The notes beneath the pieces are model-generated. The model worked only from the letters and a program-made list of their open reading frames with translations. It searched no databases and was not told the origin of the DNA. Of a stretch of DNA of 32,000 bases, positions 26,634 to 32,000 are shown in pieces. This stretch comes from Desulfobulbus propionicus DSM 2032 (GTDB lineage Bacteria; Desulfobacterota; Desulfobulbia; Desulfobulbales; Desulfobulbaceae), in the NCBI RefSeq assembly GCF_000186885.1, contig NC_014972.1, forward strand, positions 1,740,001 to 1,772,000. The letters run 5' to 3'. Position numbers and translations under genes: made by a program. Positions within the stretch are counted from its first letter, which is position 1. Every line of letters starts with the position of its first letter.

Positions 26634-27386
26634 TCAGTCGCTATCTGCTCTGCAAACCGGGGTACGGCGATGCACTGAGGCCAAGTCAGAGAAGGTGGCG
26701 GGAGCAGCCGGCGTTTGCTCCCTGGCCTGCCACTGATCGAGCATCTCGTTGATTCCGGTATACACGGCAACCACGTCCTGGGGAAGATCGGCGCCGGTGC
26801 AGCGGCGCATGGTCTCGCCGTTGCGATGGGCAACGATGACCGCGTGGATTTCTTCAAGCGGCTGCACCACCCGTCGGGTCAGACTGCGGATGAAGATGAT
26901 TCCCGCCAGGAAGGCCGACATGGCCATGAACGCCACCCCCCAGGCACCGCTGCGGCCCAGGTGCTGGGCATGCCGGTCGGCGACGGTCATTGCCTCGCGG
27001 TTGATGCTGCCCAGCAGCACGATGGCCTCCACCGTGATGCGGCGGGCTTCGGGATCGCCGTTGAACAGGGCGGCGCGGTGCGTCTCGATCCGTTGCAGCG
27101 GGGCCGGTTCCAACGCTTCGGTGATGTTGGTCCTGGCCCGTTCAAAGGCGGACTTGAAGACCTCGCGTTGCTGCGGGGAAAAGGGGCCGCTCCGGTCCAC
27201 TTTGGCCATCAGGGCCAGCATATCCTCGCAGGCCTGCAACGACCGTTCGTTGCGTTCGATGATCATGGCGATGGCCGGCGCCATGTGCGAAAAAATGGCG
27301 ATGGCGCCGACAGCCATGAGCAGATTGAGGCCGACGAGAATCCAGGCTCCCACCCGGACAGCGTGAGCAAGCCGCATGTCAGACAC
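26634..27386 (-). CDS. Membrane sensor-like protein with HAMP-like region and no kinase or other output domain
   Basis: 250 aa. TM near N-terminus (AWILVGLNLLMAVGAIAIF), helical periplasmic region, second TM (GVAFMAMSAFLAGIIFI), then RSLTRRVVQPLEEIHAVI. GTG start overlaps the trkA stop. Confidence 0.6.
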   Translation of the reverse strand: MSDMRLAHAVRVGAWILVGLNLLMAVGAIAIFSHMAPAIAMIIERNERSLQACEDMLALMAKVDRSGPFSPQQREVFKSAFERARTNITEALEPAPLQRIETHRAALFNGDPEARRITVEAIVLLGSINREAMTVADRHAQHLGRSGAWGVAFMAMSAFLAGIIFIRSLTRRVVQPLEEIHAVIVAHRNGETMRRCTGADLPQDVVAVYTGINEMLDQWQAREQTPAAPATFSDLASVHRRTPVCRADSD

Positions 27387-28038
27387 CTCGGGTCAGTTTG
27401 GGGATGGCCGATTCGCTGGAAACGATGATCAGCCGGTCATCGGCCTCCAACGGTGCATGGGGATCGGGCTGGAGGACCCGGCTGGGCGCGCCGCGGCGCA
27501 CGGCGACCACCATGACCCCGAATCGGCGCGGCAGGGCAAGCTCGACCAAACTCTTGCCGATCATCGACGAATGGATCGACATCTCGGTGAGATGCAGGTC
27601 GTCGCCCAACGGCATGTCGGAGATTACCTGCCGGTTGAGCAGGCGATTGGCAAAGCGTCTGCCGAATTCTTCTTCCGGGGTGACGACCAGATGCGCGCCG
27701 ACCAGCTGGAGAATGCGCCGGTGCATGGCGTTGTTGGCCCGGCCGATCACCCAGGGTGCCCCCATCTGGCGGAGCAGGGCGGTGCAGATGATCGACGCCT
27801 CCTTTGAGTCGTCGCCGATGGCGCAAACCGAGCAGTCGCGTCGTGCCGGCTGCAATCGGGCCAATTCGCTTTCGTCGGTCGCGTCGATCATCACCGCCTC
27901 GGTGACAAAGGCGGCAGCCTCGTCCACCAGATTTTTCCGCCGATCCACCGCCAGGACCTCCGCCCCCTTTTCCGACAGGGTGCGGGCCAACGACATGCCG
28001 AATTGTCCGAGTCCGATGATGAGTACTTGCTGGGTCAT
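27379..28038 (-). CDS. trkA: TrkA/KtrA family potassium uptake regulatory protein (RCK N + C)
   Basis: 219 aa. VLIIGLGQFGMSLARTLSEKGAEVLAVDRR (RCK/Rossmann) and a TrkA-C-like tail (MIGKSLVELALPRRFGVMVVAVRRG...LEADDRLIIV). Confidence 0.92.
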   Translation of the reverse strand: MTQQVLIIGLGQFGMSLARTLSEKGAEVLAVDRRKNLVDEAAAFVTEAVMIDATDESELARLQPARRDCSVCAIGDDSKEASIICTALLRQMGAPWVIGRANNAMHRRILQLVGAHLVVTPEEEFGRRFANRLLNRQVISDMPLGDDLHLTEMSIHSSMIGKSLVELALPRRFGVMVVAVRRGAPSRVLQPDPHAPLEADDRLIIVSSESAIPKLTRGV

Positions 28039-28048
28039 GGGGAATTGG

Positions 28049-30067
28049 TCAGGTTAAGGTGATGCGGGCATCGGGACACCGGGAGCCGGTGGCCTGAAGA
28101 TCGCCGCTCAGGAGGGTGAACAGCGTCATCGGACCGATGCGGCCGATGAACATGGTCAACATGACGATGATTTTTCCTATTTCGTCGAGATGGGGCGTCA
28201 CGCCCAGCGACAATCCCACCGTGCCGAGAGCCGAGGTTGCCTCGAAGATCAGCGCTCGGGCGGGCAGCGGCTGGGTGAGTACCAGGGCCATGACCATGAC
28301 CAGCCAGATCATGGCTCCGGATGCCAGAACGGTGATGCCGCGATTGATGACGCTTTGCGGAATCCTTCTGTTCTGGGCGATGACTTCGTCGCGGCCGGTG
28401 ATGCAGGCCCAAAAGGTCATGGCCAGGATGCCGACGGTGGTGGTCTTGATGCCGCCCGCGGTACCTCCCGGACTGCCGCCGATGAACATGAAGCTGAGCA
28501 TGATCAGCAGGGTCGGGCTGAGCACGTTGCCCAGGTCGATGGAATTGAACCCGGCAGTGCGCAGGGTGACCGATTGAAACCAGGCGTTGTGCAGTTTGTC
28601 GGGCAGGGAAAGCCCATCGAGGGCGTTGTGCCATTCGAACATCAAAAAACACAGCGTTCCGGTGAGCAGCAGGGCGGTGGTGGTCACCAGGGCGATGCGC
28701 GGGGCGAGGGCAATCTTCTTTCCCCGGACCCACTGGGGAAGAAGCAGACAGGTGGCCGGGGCCAGGCCGCCGAGCACAATCAGGGCGGCCACGGTATGCA
28801 GGACCAGCGGTTGGGACTGGTAGGGCACCAGGTTGGCGCTTTGCAGGGCGAATCCGGCGTTGCAGAAGGCGGAAATCGACGTGAACAGCCCTTGCCACAG
28901 GGCCTGGGGCAGGGAATCGGCCGTGTCGAGAAAACAGAGGGACAGCAGAACGGCGCCGGCCAGTTCGGTCAGCAGGGTGAAACGGACAATGGTCAGCAGG
29001 GAGTCGATCAGGTCCTGATGGCTGGTTTCGGTCAGGGTGGTCAGCAGCCGTTCCTGGCGCAGGCTCAACCGCTTGCCCATGGCGTGCAGGGCCACGGTGG
29101 TGAGGGTCATGATGCCGAAGCCGCCCAGTTGGATGAGCAGCAGGATGCATCCCTGTCCCAACAGGGTGAAGTCCCTGGGGGTGTCGAGCACGGTCAGGCC
29201 GGTGACGCAGACCGCGCTGACCGATGTGAAGGCGGCGTCGACCAGGGTGATGCTTTGTTCGGTGGTCGCCCAGGGAAGCTGGAGGAGCAAGGCACCGGCG
29301 AGGCACAGGACGAAAAAAGTGGTGATCAGCACCCGGGCGGGATGATTGAGAAAGGGTTCCCACCACTGCTCCCGGGGCTCCAGTCCGGAGGTCGCGCCGG
29401 GCAGAAAGAACAGGGTGGCCAGGCCGAGGCAGAGCGTGACCAGTTGGCCGCATCCGCTGTACAGGCCGATGCCGCTCACAGCCAAGGCCGTAAGGGGCAA
29501 TAGCGCCCAGCTCAACCGCGCCGGTCCTCGATGGGCTGTCCAGATCCAGTGAAGCACCACGAGCTGGGTGAGGATCGTCGATCCCGCCACGGCCGCATCG
29601 CCGATCCAGAGCCGTGCGGGGTTGAGGGCAAAGGAAGCCAGGGTCAGGAGCAACGAGGTCCAAACCGCGCTCCTGGCTCGTTGCAACCGTCTGTAAACGG
29701 CATGGCCACGTTGTTCAACCAGGTTGTGCGGCGCAAGCTCGCTGAGGAAATATCCGGCCTGCATGACGACCACCGCCCCGATCAGGGCCGACAAGGGCTC
29801 GGTGGCAAAAGCGGGGAAACCGGCGAGGGCGCATCCGACCAGGGCCAGGAAGCCGAACAGTTTGCCCAGACGGAATTGCCGTGACAGCAGGAGCGCCGCA
29901 GCCAGACAGGCGAGGGCGGCGACGAGGGCGGCGGCCCGGCTCCAGGGCGGCGATCCGGCGGTGCCGACTAGGCAGGTGAGAAGCGGGGGCAGCGGGACCA
30001 GGGACAACAGGATGCCTTCGATTCCGGCCTTGGCTCGGGAGGGGCGCGATGCAACGATCAATTCCAC
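28049..30067 (-). CDS. TrkH/KtrB family potassium uptake channel subunit with N-terminal multi-TM extension
   Basis: 672 aa. Four selectivity-filter-like segments: SAVCVTGLTV, SAFCNAGFAL, TLRTAGFNS, SALGTVGLSLG. GTG start. Confidence 0.92.
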   Translation of the reverse strand: MELIVASRPSRAKAGIEGILLSLVPLPPLLTCLVGTAGSPPWSRAAALVAALACLAAALLLSRQFRLGKLFGFLALVGCALAGFPAFATEPLSALIGAVVVMQAGYFLSELAPHNLVEQRGHAVYRRLQRARSAVWTSLLLTLASFALNPARLWIGDAAVAGSTILTQLVVLHWIWTAHRGPARLSWALLPLTALAVSGIGLYSGCGQLVTLCLGLATLFFLPGATSGLEPREQWWEPFLNHPARVLITTFFVLCLAGALLLQLPWATTEQSITLVDAAFTSVSAVCVTGLTVLDTPRDFTLLGQGCILLLIQLGGFGIMTLTTVALHAMGKRLSLRQERLLTTLTETSHQDLIDSLLTIVRFTLLTELAGAVLLSLCFLDTADSLPQALWQGLFTSISAFCNAGFALQSANLVPYQSQPLVLHTVAALIVLGGLAPATCLLLPQWVRGKKIALAPRIALVTTTALLLTGTLCFLMFEWHNALDGLSLPDKLHNAWFQSVTLRTAGFNSIDLGNVLSPTLLIMLSFMFIGGSPGGTAGGIKTTTVGILAMTFWACITGRDEVIAQNRRIPQSVINRGITVLASGAMIWLVMVMALVLTQPLPARALIFEATSALGTVGLSLGVTPHLDEIGKIIVMLTMFIGRIGPMTLFTLLSGDLQATGSRCPDARITLT

Positions 30068-30156
30068 GGCGGGTGTCCTTGGGCAAGCGGGCAGCGCTGG
30101 TCAACGGCGGCTGAGGTTGGCACGGCCGGCGATGCGCAACGGGGGCGGAAACAGGC

Positions 30157-30699
30157 TTATCCCTTGTTGTCGGAGGTATCCAGATACCGCGATAGATAGA
30201 GGGACTGGAGGACAATGAACACCAGGGTCAGACCGAGCATGCCGAACAGTTTGAAGTTGACCCAGGTATCACTGTCAAAAAAGGTCATGACATAGAGATT
30301 GGCCGCGCCCATGGCCAGAAAAAAGACTACCCAGCCGAGGTTGAGGCGGCGCCAGATGGGTGTCGGCAGGGTGATGTTGCCGGCCAGCATGCGTTCGACC
30401 GCGGTCTTGCGGCCGACCAGCTGGCTGGCGAGGAACACCCCGGCGAAAATCCAGTTGATGATCGTCGGCTTCCATTTGATGAATTGTTCGTCATGGAGGT
30501 AGAGGGTCAGGCCGCCGAAGACGACGATCACCGCCAGGGTGACCAGCTGCATGGCCGCCACGGTGCGGGTTCTCACCCAGAGAATGGCGATCTGGACAAA
30601 GGTGGCGGCGATGGCCGCCGCAGTGGCCACGTAGATGTCGAACAGCTTGTAGGCGAGAAAAAAGAGCAGGATCGGAAAGAAATCAAACAGCAGTTTCAT
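30157..30699 (-). CDS. yciB: Septation protein A (intracellular septation protein)
   Basis: 180 aa. MKLLFDFFPILLFFLAYKLFDIYVATAAAI...KWKPTIINWIFAGVFLASQLVGRK...IWRRLNLGWVVFFLAMGAANLYV. Confidence 0.92.
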   Translation of the reverse strand: MKLLFDFFPILLFFLAYKLFDIYVATAAAIAATFVQIAILWVRTRTVAAMQLVTLAVIVVFGGLTLYLHDEQFIKWKPTIINWIFAGVFLASQLVGRKTAVERMLAGNITLPTPIWRRLNLGWVVFFLAMGAANLYVMTFFDSDTWVNFKLFGMLGLTLVFIVLQSLYLSRYLDTSDNKG

Positions 30700-30833
30700 G
30701 GAGCACCAGACGGTTGTCGCAAGCGGTTGGCAAGGAAAATGGAATGGGGCATCATACCGTTTTCAGTGGCCGGGGCGCAAGAAGCATCGACAAGGCTCCC
30801 TTGCCGCCGATCCTCCCCCGCGCCATGCACCGG

Positions 30834-31976
30834 TCAGGGCTTCGCGGCCTGCGATTCGAACCGAGGCCGGTCGATCCAATAGGGGGCCGCCACGCCGCGC
30901 CGATAGGCATCCAGGGCCTCGGGCGACGAGTTGACCCGTAGGTTGCTGTAACTGCCGTCGGCGTTTTCCCACCGTTCATGCCAGTAGACCGCCAGCCGAA
31001 CCCGTGGGTAATGGGTGGGCAGAAGGCGGAAGGCCTCGGCGATGAATCCGGCCTTGTCGCCCGGAGGAAACTCGCCCACGCCCCATTCGGCGAGAAAAAT
31101 CGGTTTGTGCGCATCCAATTGACTGATCTCCCGGTAGGGTTCATCCATCATCCGGAAAAATTCGGCCCAGCCCTCGGCTTTGTTCATCTTGCCGTAGACG
31201 CTCAGTCCCAGCCAGTCGACATAGGCCGATCCCGGATAATAGCTGGCCATGCGGTTCCATGCGTTTCGGGGCGTGCTGAAGTTGTTGGCGTGAAAACCCC
31301 ACCGCACATTGGTCGCCCCCTGCCTGCGCACCCGGTCGACCACATACCGGTAGGCCTGTTTGAAGGTTTCGGGCCCCTGATACAGGGGATGGCCGTCCCG
31401 GTGGCCGATGACCTTGCCCCCGCCGTAATAACAGCCGGACCAGGGAAACCAGGTGCCGTTCATCTCCAGGCCCCAGGTCACCAGCAGGTGCCGGCCGTCG
31501 TCGCGCGCCGCCATGGCCCAGGCATCGATGTACCGATCCCATTTGCCGGCCAGGATATCGAGCAGTTTGAATCGGTCCGGTCCCTTGCCCTCTGCGTAGG
31601 GCTTGTCCCACGGCGACCAGAAAATAAGCGGCACGGCGCCGTACTTGGCGACAATGCGCACCGTTTTGGCGGGAAAGGCCTGATCGCCCCAGAAATTGCC
31701 AAAGGCCACCACCGCCAGATGTTTGCCGGTCATCCGTTCAAAGCCGGTCAGGGCATCGTAGGTGACTTCGGCCTCTCCCTCGCCAAAATCCACATAGGCG
31801 CCGGTGTAGGCGCCGTTGACGGGCATGACCAGGGTGGCCGGTTCCTTGGCTGCTCCGATCGGTGCCGTCTTGCCGCTGGGGAGGGAATCATCCCGACACC
31901 CTTCGATGAACAGGGCGGCCAAACAAAGGGTGACAATGACCACAACGCGTTGCACAGCTTGTTTGTTGATCGGCAT
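30834..31976 (-). CDS. Glycoside hydrolase family 26-like (mannanase-type) lipoprotein
   Basis: Start at 31976 (MPINKQAVQRVVVIVTLCLAALFIEGC, lipobox) with GGGAGG upstream. Candidate acid/base WGLEMNGTWFPWSG and nucleophile context IFLAEWGVGEF. Confidence 0.78.
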   Translation of the reverse strand: MPINKQAVQRVVVIVTLCLAALFIEGCRDDSLPSGKTAPIGAAKEPATLVMPVNGAYTGAYVDFGEGEAEVTYDALTGFERMTGKHLAVVAFGNFWGDQAFPAKTVRIVAKYGAVPLIFWSPWDKPYAEGKGPDRFKLLDILAGKWDRYIDAWAMAARDDGRHLLVTWGLEMNGTWFPWSGCYYGGGKVIGHRDGHPLYQGPETFKQAYRYVVDRVRRQGATNVRWGFHANNFSTPRNAWNRMASYYPGSAYVDWLGLSVYGKMNKAEGWAEFFRMMDEPYREISQLDAHKPIFLAEWGVGEFPPGDKAGFIAEAFRLLPTHYPRVRLAVYWHERWENADGSYSNLRVNSSPEALDAYRRGVAAPYWIDRPRFESQAAKP

Positions 31977-32000
31977 GCAGCCTCCCATGTCAGGTTGTGT

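Noticed and set aside
28035-29663. 542-aa alternate-frame ORF and 437-aa antisense ORF (28190..29503) over the TrkH-like gene
   Set aside because: The TrkH/KtrB frame carries all four filter-like motifs. The others have no recognisable features.
1-32000. CRISPR arrays, tRNA/rRNA genes, intact transposases, toxin-antitoxin pairs, retrons or phage genes
   Set aside because: No regularly spaced direct repeats, recognisable RNA genes or corresponding protein motifs were seen by eye. A tRNAscan/Rfam/CRISPR scan would be the decisive check.

Overview
This 32 kb GC-rich window looks like ordinary housekeeping and signalling DNA from a bacterium, probably a Desulfobulbales-like deltaproteobacterium (lineage is inference from gene content). 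I see no rRNA, tRNA, CRISPR array, prophage or intact mobile element. Gene order: HDAC-family C-terminus (partial); methyl-accepting chemotaxis protein (-); STAS-like/PilZ protein (+); AsmA-family protein (-); mobB-corA (+); pyridoxamine-phosphate-oxidase-family protein and PurF-like protein (-); large hybrid histidine kinase (+); small acidic zinc-ribbon protein and arginase-family protein (+); potABCD (+); LarE-like protein (-); hemerythrin-PilZ fusion (-); cobO and a tandem nitrilase-family protein (+); STAS-like protein, large secreted protein and flavoprotein (-); sensor-like membrane protein, TrkA and TrkH/KtrB (-); YciB (-); GH26-like lipoprotein (-). No complete undescribed defence or mobile system is visible. 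The best leads are: a PurF-family protein without the N-terminal catalytic Cys; an arginase-family protein with four altered metal-site or motif residues next to a zinc-ribbon gene and polyamine transport genes; a nitrilase fused to a second, apparently catalytically dead nitrilase-like half; hemerythrin-PilZ and STAS-like-PilZ fusions; a sensor-like membrane protein translationally overlapping trkA; and a terminator plus palindromes directly upstream of potA. All family calls come from reading motifs, not from database searches.
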